Positions 50,785 through 64,000 of a stretch of DNA of 64,000 bases are shown piece after piece (positions within the stretch are counted from its first letter, which is position 1; the number at the start of each line of letters is the position of its first letter). The DNA is from Massalongia carnosa (lineage: Eukaryota). The DNA lies in assembly GCA_965645245.1 (NCBI GenBank), contig OZ287078.1, forward strand, positions 1,302,001 through 1,366,000, written 5' to 3'. The notes beneath the pieces were generated by a model. The model was not told the DNA's origin. It saw nothing but the letters and a program-made list of their open reading frames with translations, and searched no databases. The position numbers were made by a program, and so were the translations under genes.

Positions 50785-51679
50785 TCACTTTCTACTTCGT
50801 CGTGATTTCTTCGGGCCCTCAATGTCCACAACATCTTTCTTGCTCAGCTTCAACATCCCGCCCTTAAACCTGCCAATGGTGGGAGCTCCGATTCCTCTCT
50901 CCCTCCTCGATATATTCCGCTTCTTCTCTCCGGTAACCTTCTCCAAGATGATTCCATTCTCTTTAGCTTCCTTTCTTCTGCTTTCTTCTTTGCCTGCAGC
51001 CTTTGCCGCAATACCTCTCCTCTGAGCCATCGGCATGTTGTGTTGGTGATAGAGTGATGACTTGGAGCCCATCTCTTGAAGCCGGAGATCCATGGCTCGA
51101 TGTCGGTTTTGGCCGGATGGAGTCAGCGAGGACTTAGGATCTAGCAGGTGAGACTCTTTCAATAGACGCTGTAGGGCAATATCCTTCTTCAGGTTTGCGG
51201 CGTCAGTAATAGCTTCCGCCGAGTCTGTCTCCGACTGCTTCCTCCGACCTGCGGCCGCTGGTAAGCTAGATGATAAAGGAGGCTTCGAATTCTACATTAA
51301 CAGATCAATGAGCGTATTAAAAGGTGCAAGCATATTAAGCATATCTCACCATGAAACTTCTGAACTCATCCGATGGCAGGCTTGGGTTTGAACCAATCGA
51401 GTCTTGATACTGGATAACTTGAGCCTCGATTTGCTCTTCGTCTGGAATTCCGTCCCATTCTGATTCATTGTTATCATCGTCCTCCTCTTTAGCTTTAGGC
51501 TTGCCTGGACGTTGTTGATGAAGGTCAATTAAAGGTTGGAAAGAGGCTTCAAAATGTTGGCGGAAGTGAGCTTGCAGTTTGTCCGATTGCTCTTCCTCTA
51601 ACGTCGAGTCCAGAATCGAGGTCAAACTAGAGACCTGCTTACGCTTCCTCTTTCCCTGCGTCTGCTGCGTCTCACCCAT
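50785..51679 (-). CDS. FAF1: Faf1-like pre-rRNA processing protein
   Basis: FRQHFEASFQPL, NLKKDIALQRLLKESHLL, MPMAQRRGI..RRKEAKENGIILEK, RERGIGAPTIGRFKGGMLKLSKKD. Intron 51292-51349. Confidence 0.8.
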
Positions 51680-51930
51680 TGTTAGTCAATTCCCAAGAAG
51701 CCCTACGAATAAAACTTTTGCTGGGAAACGAAGCTTTCGGCTCAAGTCGCCGCATCCAATTTCCATCCAATAAATTACGCTGCGCAACGGGGTGGGGTTT
51801 GGGGGATTTGACCCCGAAACTAAGAAAATATAGGTACCTATATATCTCTTACTATAAATAGCCTTGCACGGGCCACAAGGTGGGGGTTAAAGCCTCTGTT
51901 GTGCAGCGTACCAATAATTCCGCACCAGCC

Positions 51931-52836
51931 ATGACGCGATTTAGGCCTTGTGTAGATTTACATTCTGGACAAGTCAAACAAATTGTGGGAGGAACGTTGA
52001 GCACCACTTCATCGGATCTCAAAACGAATCATGTTTCCCAGCTACCTGCTAGCTATTTCGCACGGCTCTACAAAGAGCGCAATCTCACAGGTGCTCATGT
52101 CATCATGCTCGGACCCGGTAACGAGGAAGCTGCCAAAGAGGCATTAGCAGCGTGGCCGGGAGCTTTACAAGTAGGCGGAGGTATCAACGAAGCGAACGCC
52201 AAACTATGGATAGATAATGGGGCACATAAGGTAAGTGATGCCTTGAATTTCACCTAGAATATGGCCAAGCAGACTGCTAACGTCTCTTAATAGGTCATTG
52301 TGACCTCATACCTTTTTCCAGATGCAAGCTTTTCCATGGACCGTCTTAAAGCTGTTCTGTACTCGCTTCAGGGGAATACGGGAAAACTGGTCATTGACCT
52401 GAGCTGTCGAAGACAAGATCGGAGATGGATCGTAGCGATGAACAAATGGCAGACGTTGACCGATATGGATTTGAACGAGGGTGAGCTCTAACATTTTCTC
52501 AACCATTTGCCATCTGCCCCGGTTGAATATTAACCTTAACAAGATTCGATTAAACTCCTAGAGCCATTCTGCTCTGAATTCCTTGTTCACGCTGCTGATA
52601 ACGAGGGTTTGCAACGCGGCATCGATGAACGGTTAGTTGAGAAGCTGGGGCTCTGGTGTACCGTCCCTGTCACTTACGCTGGTGGAGGAAAGAGTCTAGA
52701 TGACCTCGACTTTGTCAAGAGGATCAGTCGGGGGAAGGTGGATCTGACGATTGGCAGCGCTTTAGATATATTTGGGGGGGCAAGCGTACGTTTCGAGGAC
52801 TGTGTATCTTGGAATCGGGATCAGGATACTTCATGA
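51931..52836 (+). CDS. HIS6: ProFAR isomerase (histidine biosynthesis)
   Basis: [67 protein letters not shown]. Two introns. Confidence 0.96.
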
Positions 52837-53539
52837 GGATGGAAGCGGGTAAGAGACTGGAGACTTTATCATCGCTGAAAGAGAAAAGGGAAGAGCTAAT
52901 TTTGATGTGGTTTTTCAGCAGTCATATCATGGTGAAGGATCAGGCATCTCACATTTTGGCCGGCCGCTTCCATCTAGCATGGTAGTAACTCCTCTCAGAT
53001 CAATTTTCTTGATTGTCTTTTTTGCTTATCGGTCATTAGGTCTTTTTTCTCTCATTCTGTTTTCTATCATCATCATAAACCTTAAGTTCTGTTTCCTCAA
53101 ATTTCTAGAAAAATCTCAACCCAGTCCAAAAATTCTGCATCATCAAGCAAACACTCTCTCCCCGCAAAACAACAAAACACCTCACGAGATCAAAAAGATG
53201 GTGCAAGTACAGCATACTCCATTTCCCATCACCAACAACCCATCCCGATGCTAATCATATTCAAGGTTCAGGATCCAGATACATAGCCCGACAAGAGAGA
53301 ATTGACGAAATCTGTTTGAGGTACTAGCATACCTCCAATTAGTAGAAGGCTACATGAGAATTTTCCAGTACTGCTCTGGAGACACTGATGTTTGCCAAGT
53401 CTTCTTTTACCTAGCTATTAAGCAGGCCCTATAGGCTGTTAGAGCATAAGTAAACACCGCACACAAACCCTCTCAAACGCCACTGTGAGGACAATGTAAA
53501 AATACTGCTAGGTACATAACAGCCGGCTGGAGGAGAGTG

Positions 53540-53989
53540 ATGGACAATTATCAAGTCCCGCAGGGTGATCTAGCACGAAAGTTATATTGGGTCCATCATG
53601 ACAGTGCCTGAACCCAATTTGTCCCTGAAGTTGGTTTCATGGCTGCAGAAACAAATATCACCTTCTCGTTGGCTACAAAAATGAATTGGTTCTAGCAATC
53701 TATCAGAAACCATCTCTTGTGGAGTTCTGGTGTTCCTAGCCCTTATGTTTCCCTATTCAGCGATAGAAATCATGCGGAGAACTGGGCGCTGCGCTGGGAA
53801 GACAAAAATTGTCAAGCCTGTGATGTTGTGGGGATTGACGGGACAATGCTGCAGGATGTTTACATATTTCATCCGCATACAGAGGGCCTTTTGGACGCGC
53901 TGCCATTTGAATACGTATGCTTACGACTTTTGCCGCAAAAGGCTATCCGCAGCTACAGGAGTACGGTGAATATTAGAACTCAGATGTGA
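53540..53989 (+). pseudogene. Degenerate small protein, DUF7587/ADP-ribosyltransferase-like domain
   Basis: One continuous frame from ATG 53540: KLYWVHHD..NHLLWSSGVPSPYVSLFSDRNHAENWA..FEYVCL, interrupted by TGA 53609-53611 and TAG 53693-53695. Confidence 0.5.
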
Positions 53990-55516
53990 CCCTGGACCTA
54001 GGAACATTCACTTCCCGGGCTAGATACAATGGGAGTTCTGGGAAGAGATGTCAAAGCATGGATATGAGCATCTGAGAACACATCAGGGTCGGAGCTAAGC
54101 GGTTGTCACGATTCGGATACGGAATGTGGGCTTAACCAAAAGCAATTACTATATGATTAGAATGCTTGAAGGAAGATTGGTAAAGGACATCAGTCTGCTT
54201 TGGGGGTAAATTAAAAGAACATGCACCCTTGCAAGAGATATTTAACAAGAAGGGTGTGGAGAAACAAGGAGGATTTCTCAAGCTTATTGATTTCAAGGGA
54301 GAGTCTAAAGTTTTCTTTGCTGGTGTGCTCTTTGTTTTCATATGGGTCTTCGCCTTTTTGTGGCCCAAGATAGTGATCGGGGCGGTACCCCTACTTGCAG
54401 GGTTGGGACTAAAACACGAAACATATACTCGAAAGAGTTGCATAACATTATTAGAAAAGCGCGTTCTTGACCGTTAATTTTGGTTGTATGCCAAGAACTA
54501 GAAGGGAATATGTCGTGGGGGAGCAAGCAATGATGCGAAGCCGTATTGAGGGTTGTATCTGGATTTATATATTCTCCTCATGAGTAACGTTGCAATCAAA
54601 TAGGACCAATAAGAAAAGATTGATACTAAGTAGGACTCGATAAATAAGAATCTATGCACAATCAAATATCCGATCAGTAAACACATGCTACCTATACCAT
54701 CTTCACATTCCGGCATTTCTGTATCCGTGAACATGTTTCCTGCTGGTGATGTAGTTTTGCTGTTCAAAGCTCGAGATATGGATGAGCCTCAGAAGTATAA
54801 CTTCAAAGGTAAATTAAGACTGAGGGGCTACCTTGCGGTTTTCTACGAACTAGATGTAGACATAATGCTCTCTAAATGCTTATCGACAATGTGCACTGAG
54901 ACATATCCTTTATCAGGAAGCCATGATTGTTCAAAAGCAAACCAAGAAAAAATAGCAATAGAAGAGCGGTGCCTGTTCTCGGAGTGTAAGGACCTCTTCC
55001 TGGATTTTCTTTTTGTGAGGAGAGACTCGAGGTGGAAAAAAAGCATTCTTGCATTTCCGAATCATATTGTTGTCGAAGCTCAACACGCCTTTAAAAAAGC
55101 GTATTTGAAGTATTAAGAAAAATTGATGGAACGGATAGATTCTTCAGGGACGTGCTGGTAAATCTGAATGTGATATCATATTACAAAATTCAACGCACAA
55201 AACTGCATGTACAGGAAAAACATGGCTAAGATACTGAGAAATAAAAGATCTAACAAGGAATACCCTCCTGACACCTCAGAGTGCTTTGCTATGTCGTAGC
55301 TGTTTCTCGGAGCCCAAGGCAAAAACTTCAAGCGCCGGCAACTTCCGTGCATCTAACTACCTCTCTAGAGATCTTAAGCCACCTACCTCCACAAACTCTT
55401 TCGACGACAGCCACATAGCCCCGTAAACCATCCGCTTCCCTTTCCATCGAACCTCACCGTCGAGGCTCTTAAACCCTATCCTTATCTCAACCTACACCCT
55501 TCCCACCTTGCCGACC

Positions 55517-56122
55517 ATGAAACCTGTCGTCTCTGCCCTGAATGCCTGGAGCTGGTACCTTTACCCCCCCATCACCAAATGCGGCCCATGAGCGAACCTA
55601 GCTAACAGCTCCCGTTCAACAGCGTTGTCGTCTCCGTCGCCGCCATCATAATTCTCTCTATCATCGGCAGCCTCTTCCGAGTATGCAGAGCCTTTTCCTA
55701 ATACTCCCCCCCTCCTCTGTGTAGCATACCTTAATTCCACCCCTTTCGTTAGCCTTGCCGGTGGATCAGAACATGGTTTTTCTACTACGGCTTTATGCCA
55801 AAACTGTGTTTAGCTGGATCACTAAGCAACTCCTAAAACCGTACAACAAGGCTGACCAATTCTTCTGTTAGAGAAATCACCATAGTATGGTTGGCACGAC
55901 GAAAGACCCTAGCGATGGAAAAGCGGTCGCCAGCTCCATCTTCACCGCTGTGCTTGTGTATGCGGTACGATCAATATTTTCCATCTCATCGTCTGAAATC
56001 TGGAACTGCTAATGACTAACTATTCACGTCTGCGGTACTAATAGGTGTTTCTGGTTTTCTGCGGGTTTCAGGCATATCTGCATTTCCGGACGAGTAAACG
56101 AGGGGCTATTTCTTTGAATTGA
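55517..56122 (+). CDS. V-ATPase subunit f / RNase K-like small two-TM protein (absent from the ORF track)
   Basis: Exons 55517-55554, 55623-55680, 55872-55964 and 56045-56122 give MKPVVSALNAWSCVVVSVAAIIILSIIGSLFRRNHHSMVGTTKDPSDGKAVASSIFTAVLVYAVFLVFCGFQAYLHFRTSKRGAISLN*. Confidence 0.88.
55735..55851 (+). ncRNA. Candidate intronic H/ACA snoRNA
   Basis: Hairpin, AGAACA (H box), pocketed hairpin and ACA, all inside a 191-nt intron. See findings. Confidence 0.35.
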
Positions 56123-56720
56123 AATATTTCAACTAAAGGGGGGGATAAAGCAAGCTTGATTCGAATTTTGGGGGATATGGGTAGTGGGATAGGAGTTCAC
56201 GGAGTTTAGAAGGTAAGAGACATACATCTGATGGGCTTCTACAGCCTTTACCTATCCATTTCGTGTGGTACTATATGTAGCATATGTGGGAGTACCCCTG
56301 CATGTTTATAGCCGTAGCAATCAAGGCAAGTTGGGCTCTACTACATTGTGATGCAAGGCCTCTCTTGGGATTTCATCGGAGGGCTTACATTCTTTCCATG
56401 CTATGCCCAGCCCGATATCCGTACTTACTTACATTATCTCTTACATCGGTCCAAATTCTCCCTAGCTTCATTTCCAATATTGTTAATTTGTTGAATCACT
56501 CCATAATCGCGTTCTAGACAACCTTTGTGTTTTTTTCTCTCTTGCCATATTACTTCCAGTGTTCTGTCAAGGCTTGGCGACAGAAAAGTACAAATGCGAA
56601 AATATAATCAAAAAGGGGTATCAGACGTCTCATCATAGGAAACGCCCAGCAATGTTAGACGCCATGACTACTCTTTCTCAGCCCTGTTATCTTTCTGATC
56701 ATACTTGGTACCAGCAAACG

Positions 56721-58478
56721 TCATTTCCCGTCGTCATCTTCCTCCCCGTCCTTTGCCTCCAAGATCTTCGTCATATACGGGCCTTCCAGCGCATAGCCGA
56801 GTTTAGCATAATAACTCCGCACGCCCACCCCCGAAATCACAGCAATCTTCCGGCTCCTATGCTCCTTCCTCGCGATGCGTTCCGCTTCCTCCATCAACAG
56901 GGTCCCATACCCCTGATGCTGGAACTTGCGTGGATCCCTGGCGTGCACCGGCACCGCGGAGCCATAAACATGCAGCTCCCGCACTAAGCTCGTCGGCTGG
57001 TCCGTCAGCTCCGGTCGAAATGTGTGCGTGCTGCTGCATTGGCGTAGACGAAGCAGCGCGATTAGGATGTCCTGCTTGGGGTCTTCATAGGCTAAGAATG
57101 TCTCCCACCCGCCGTTAGCAGCATAGTCGCGCCGGACGAGCTCCACCTGCGATGGGCGGATCTTATGCTTGACTTCGTTGATGCCGACCTCGCGGGTTCG
57201 GACGTCGCGGCAGGTGGTGCCGAAGTCTTTCATGCGGCTGAGAGCCAGTTCGCGCAGGTTCCCGTTCTCAACGCCTGAGGTAACCAGCGGCATAGGGATA
57301 TCGCGCTGGACGCGATAGATGCGGGTCCAAGGTGGCACAAGGGCGAGGATCCGGGCTACGAGGTCTATGAGGGCGTTGGGCGTGTAATTTTTGTAGCGGC
57401 CTGTTCGCCAGAGCTCGTAAAGGCCCGTTCCTCGGATAACGAGCGTTGGGTAGATTTTGAGACCGTCAGTGCGGAAGTCTGGGTTTTCGAAGTATTCTCG
57501 GAACTGGTCGAGGTCGCGCTCCATACCAACGTTTGGGAGATCCGGCATCATGTGGCTGACCACTTTAAAGCCCGCATCTTTGGCTAGTTTAAATGTTTCT
57601 GCTACGGCGGCGACAGTATGCCCTCTGTTGGTGTCTCGAGCGACGTCTTCGTATAGCGACTGCACTCCAATCTCCAGGCGCGTGCAGCCGTACCGGAGCA
57701 TGCTGCTGAGATGAGGATCCAAACAGTAATCAGGTCTTGTTTCAATAGTGATTCCAACGCATTTAATATTACTCATTTCACCTGCCTCGACAGCTTCATC
57801 AACATTCTCTCCTTGATATCCACTCAAGGCATTATGTAACTGGGATATAAAATTATCTCGATAATCTTCAGATAAGGACATGAAAGTTCCGCCCATGATG
57901 ATATATTCAACCTTGTCAACACTATGGCCCAGTGACTTGATCTGGTCAACACGCCCTCGTGCTTGCTCATATGGATCATAGCGCGCCCGTATGGCTCGCA
58001 TTGAGGTTGGCTCATATCCTGTATAGGATTGAGTTGAGTATTCAAAGTCAGAATCCGGTCCGCCGGGACAGTAAACACAAATATTGCCTGTATATGCAAT
58101 ATGAGGACACCGATGGGGCTTACACATTACCGCAACAACAGCAATACCAGAAGACGTTCTTATTGGCTTTGCGATCAATTTCGGTAATATGTACTTTTTG
58201 TAATGCTCAGGCACTGCAGCGATGATCGCCGTCAACGGCGGTTGACTGCTCAGTTTGTGCTTTTTTGACATTTGTCCTCTGAGGCTGTTCAAATTGACAT
58301 CTCGCTTTGGTGTATCATCACTTTGTTGGGCTTCATAGTCCTGAATAAGAGCATTAGCAATGTCTGAGCACGCGTGCATATATCGTTCATTTTCTGGTGG
58401 CAGTTTAGGATTTTTTGCAAGTCTAGTCTTAGTCGCCATAGGGGCAGTGGTCGTCTCTGTAGCCATATCGCCACCCAT
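56721..58478 (-). CDS. ELP3: Elongator catalytic subunit Elp3 (radical SAM plus GNAT)
   Basis: [60 protein letters not shown]. Intronless; the true start may be one of the two downstream in-frame ATGs. Confidence 0.97.
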   Translation of the reverse strand: MGGDMATETTTAPMATKTRLAKNPKLPPENERYMHACSDIANALIQDYEAQQSDDTPKRDVNLNSLRGQMSKKHKLSSQPPLTAIIAAVPEHYKKYILPKLIAKPIRTSSGIAVVAVMCKPHRCPHIAYTGNICVYCPGGPDSDFEYSTQSYTGYEPTSMRAIRARYDPYEQARGRVDQIKSLGHSVDKVEYIIMGGTFMSLSEDYRDNFISQLHNALSGYQGENVDEAVEAGEMSNIKCVGITIETRPDYCLDPHLSSMLRYGCTRLEIGVQSLYEDVARDTNRGHTVAAVAETFKLAKDAGFKVVSHMMPDLPNVGMERDLDQFREYFENPDFRTDGLKIYPTLVIRGTGLYELWRTGRYKNYTPNALIDLVARILALVPPWTRIYRVQRDIPMPLVTSGVENGNLRELALSRMKDFGTTCRDVRTREVGINEVKHKIRPSQVELVRRDYAANGGWETFLAYEDPKQDILIALLRLRQCSSTHTFRPELTDQPTSLVRELHVYGSAVPVHARDPRKFQHQGYGTLLMEEAERIARKEHRSRKIAVISGVGVRSYYAKLGYALEGPYMTKILEAKDGEEDDDGK

Positions 58479-58674
58479 TCAACATTCAAGAAAATTCGTG
58501 GTTTGACTGAACGCGAGTTCATGTTGAAGGGAAAGTGGGAGAAGATTCTCGGGTCTAGAAATATCAACGCTAGTCTCGGCTCGCGTCGAGCTTCCCCAAC
58601 CTTGAAGCGGAGCAAAAGTTGATGCTTCACGTTTCTAAGATCAGTCTCCCTTGGTATAATTGCTGCTCGTAGCA

Positions 58675-60045
<1,371 letters not shown>

Positions 60046-61182
60046 GCAACTATAGAGTAGTTGCGGTTGAGAGCAGAAGATTAGGCTGATACTTGTGCAC
60101 CCTTTTGTATTCCACCACTCCTCCATGTGTACCTAACTAAGTCAAGAGCGATTCAGAAATTGCATGTATCTCCTATTAGCGATGAACTGACGATGTTGCA
60201 AAAATATCCAGCAGTCTGTTCTCACAAGCATTGCTTCGTGCATCTAAAGAACTGCCTAGAAAGCTTCGCATTTTGTCGGCGCGACTCAGCCGATCATAGT
60301 GTACGAGAGCTCGTTGGAGGCAAATCGTCCGAGTCTTGGCGAATCTTGCGCTGGCGGCGTCTTCTCTAAGGAATACCTAACTACGCGGATAGCTGCCTCC
60401 GGGCCCGAGGCTGAATTTGGCTATTCAGTTACGCTAATTAGTGCCAAGATACACGAGAAGCTTTGGATATCTATATGGACTACTAAGCAGGTATGCAGAA
60501 TGAGAGCAAGTGAGTGGGAGACTCTACCGTCATTATCAGTAGAAGGATCATGAAAGAAGTTTTCAAATCTTGGCTAGAGAGCATGGAAACGGCTACCTAA
60601 GTTCATTTTTTTCATTGAGTCGGGCCGTACCTAATTAATCACTAATGATTGACGAACATTACATGACTATGGTACAGGGAGGGGTAGTTATTTGTAAGTG
60701 GCTTGAGTGCGCGAGTGGCCAAGGTGATATTTAGGATTCTAAACTTAATCCACTCTGTACTCAGTCGAAACCAAAGCAGATGAGTATCGAAAGCAAGCCC
60801 ATTTGCCGCTTCTGAGTCGTATCTGTTACATAACTAGGTACAGAGATAAACTGAGTAGGTCCAAACGTTTTGTACTACCTTAGTACCTATCTGCTAAGGA
60901 ACACAGCTACATATCTATGAAGCGCCGTCTCAGCTCTCCTTACCAATTAAATGGCAACGAATGCAAGCTAAATGATTAGAAAATACTGGCATTGGCTTCG
61001 ATATCCGAGGCGCACACTACCATCCACATCCGCGCCGCAACATCTGCAGCCAATTAGGTCCTCGGGAGCCTAGAAACCCGTCCCAAGCGATCTTCCTTAA
61101 GACCCCCAAAGTCCATGGTAGCCGCGTGCGAACTTGGGCTCCAATTAGTTTCATCTCGAATATCATACGACAGTCAATCATT

Positions 61183-62884
61183 ATGGCAGCTGTAACGGCG
61201 TCTTCGATTACCGTGGAACCCAACATCGATTCTAGCCACGTTCGTTGCTTCCTAGATTGGTGCACCGACTCCATTGGCTAACAAGTTCGATAGTATGGTG
61301 AAGAGGGGAATTCGGCGTACGATTCTGAGGTGTATGTGCATTCCTATTGAACAAGAACTGTATATTTTAGCGAATGCGAACCGTGTAATTAGTGCAAGCT
61401 ATACAACCTCGTTAGCAAGCAACGTCACCGACTATAAACATGAGAATGGTCGCAGGTATCATGCATACAAAGAAGGAAGTAGGTGCTCGTGACCAGCTTA
61501 AAAGGATATCACTGCTAAATTCCCATTACTAGGTTACGTTTATCCGAATGACGAGGTAAGTGATGGTGTATCGAAGTCACGGCTTTGTTAATCGACCTTC
61601 TAGAAAGAGAGTGATCGACTTGAAATCATGCACAAACTAGTTGAGGTCAGCTTGGGCGGCAAGTTGAACCTGGCGCCAGTACCAGTACTAGTAAACCCTA
61701 TGCGTATCTTGGATATTGGAACTGGGACTGGCATCTGGGCCATAGAGATGGGTATGAACATCTGGCTTGTGGGACATGGGTTTGGCTGTCTATCATAAAT
61801 GGTGAAAGCTAATCAATGGGACATGAACAGGCGATAAATTTCCCAAGGCGCAGGTACGAAGTCGCTAGCCATTGCGCTGGCTTTAGTTTGAGATGTACAG
61901 TACTCATTATAACCACACACTATAGATCATAGGCAACGATCTTAGTCCGATCCAACCTCGATGGTATGTACTTATCCATCTGGCAATGGAAGCAGGATCT
62001 GAGCGTTTATAGGGTTCCTCCCAACGTCAATTTTGAAGTTGATGATGTAGAGGCTGAGTGGACATATCATCAACCATTTGACTATATTCATTGTCGCTTT
62101 ATGGGAAATGCCATCAAAGACTGGCCCCGTCTTGTCCGCCAAGTTTTCAAGTATGCTTTCCGAAAGCCAACCGCCTACAAAAATTTATTATATCCACGCT
62201 AATCACGGACAATTATAAAATCTACAGAAACACGAAGTCAGGTGGCTATGCAGAATTTATAGATCTCGATCTAGAATGGACATCTCCTGATGGCTCTCTA
62301 ACCGAAGACCATGCAAGCCTAAAGATCAACCGCGAATTCCTTAAAGCCTGCCGCACTGCCAACATGGAGCCTTGCCCTGGGCCCTTGTTGGAGGGCCATC
62401 TCAAGAGCGCAGGCTTCAAAGAGGTGGTCGCTCAAAAATACGTTTGGCCGGTGGGGACTTGGCCTGCTGATAGACATCTTGTAAGCCAATCAACTCATCC
62501 ATCTTCACCCTTGATATCACTCGACTAGCACCCGCTTTGAAACTCCAGACCATTGAGCTCATGAGACCACTTGACTAACCACTCGTTCCTATCCAATAGA
62601 AAGAAGTCGGCTCATGGAACTACCTTCAGATCATGGAAGGCCTCGAAGCATTCACATACGCGCTCTTCACCCGGCACCTGGACTACTCGATCAAGGAGGT
62701 CGAGGTCATCTGCGCCAATATCCGGCGTGAGATGAGGGATCCGAAGATGCATGCTATGTTCCACCTGTGCGTGTCCCTCGCTCCATTTCTCCTTCATCTT
62801 CTCCCTCCTATTCAACCTTTAAACTAGTTCCTCTTGCTAATTCGTCGTGAAAATAGTTATGTTGCGTATGGAAAGAAAGGCTAG
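61183..62884 (+). CDS. SAM-dependent methyltransferase (LaeA-like/TAM family), intron-rich
   Basis: YKHENGRRYHAYKEG, PNDE..ESDRLE, ILDIGTGTGIWAIEMG, GNDLSPIQP, PPNVNFEVDDVE, FDYIHCR, WPVGTWPAD. About 10 short GT-AG introns; stop TAG 62882-62884. Confidence 0.9.
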
Positions 62885-64000
62885 GAGACGGATTAGTAAA
62901 GGTCTTACTAAGGGGCAAAGAGAGGATTTGTGACCCGTCCGTTAAGGGGGAATGAGGAGCGACAAGAACATTAAGATGATAAATTGTCTATGGATCGACA
63001 ACGATGTTGATGATGATGATGGCTTGGAAAAACTTTCTTATACCTACCTATTTACCTTTGTCTGTGTGGATGAGTGCATCTCGAATCTACGCTTTTTAGC
63101 TATATATTTTGGCTAACATCCACTCTCCGAGCACATACATAACCTTTGTCATTGAAGTTCCCACAACCGCCCCCCCCCCCAAGTCCGCCACCATCTCAGT
63201 CCACCTCAATCCTCCACCCACCACGCCCATATCCCTTCCCTCCCTTCCTCCCCGTCTCCCTCCTACCCAAATCCCAACCTACAGCTCCCTCCGCACACCC
63301 CTCTCTCCCTACGCTTCGCGCTAGACCAATCACGTGAACAAGGCCCAACCAAATAAGCGCCCATGAATGACGAATGGGACGAATGGAATTGATCATCAAC
63401 CATCCACTCTATTCCGTTCCGTTCCCATCTGCTTTGGGTAGGTAGGAAAGGGAAATGGGGGTGGGACATACTTCTCTTAGGGAGGGTGGGACGCAGGCAG
63501 ATAGATGGCTGAGGAAGAGCGGGGAGGGGTTTGTGCAGTTGACCAATATAGGTAGATGAATCCAAGGAACGAGAATGGGATGGGATGGGATGGGATGGGA
63601 TTCTGCGGGGACGGGTTCCTGCATTCCCAATTGGCTTCGAGAAAGTAGAGAGATACCTATCTAGGCACGAACGGGGGTAAAATAGAGCAGGCAATGAGGG
63701 AAATGAGCGAGAGAAAGGTAGATATGATCTAGCAAAACCAAATAAATACTTGGGTAATGGTGTCGTCTAACGCCTGTTAACCGTAATATTTCCAACGAAG
63801 CTTCCGCTCGAGGATGGATGGTGAGCTCAAGTCCCTGATGAGCCGCTTGCCCATAATGGCTGGCGGAGGCCTCGATATGCGAAGACCTTTCATACTGCTG
63901 ATAAGATGAAACAACGGCTTGTGCCTTCCTTAATGTATGCCCGGAACCTATCCATGCTTCCCTTCCTGTGAGTTATGCGCTAGACCAAAATCTTCGCTTT

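Overview
Gene-dense chromosomal segment of a filamentous ascomycete (Pezizomycotina-type, short GT-AG introns with CTAAC/CTGAC branch points). It holds about 21 spliced or single-exon protein genes, mostly housekeeping: a DUF4203-type membrane protein, RIM1, RPF1, GRS1, SEC12, an FHA kinase (MEK1-like), RPL41, AP-2 mu, INO80, NHX1, a SUT1-like sugar permease, STE12/SteA, FAF1, HIS6, V-ATPase subunit f, ELP3, LSC1, two LaeA-like methyltransferases and a hypothetical protein. It also holds a damaged 1.34-kb Tc1/mariner transposon with DD38E spacing, two apparent pseudogenes (kelch membrane protein; ADP-ribosyltransferase-like domain) and several microsatellite-rich islands. I saw no tRNA, rRNA or CRISPR. 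The best leads are a candidate H/ACA snoRNA inside a V-ATPase subunit f intron, a dispersed TACAGAGTA/TACGGAGTA intergenic motif family, a repeated C-rich to G-rich switch at gene 3' ends, and an apparent 5-bp micro-inversion at one transposon end. I cannot claim a clearly new multi-gene system. Gene identities come from motif recognition, not database searches.
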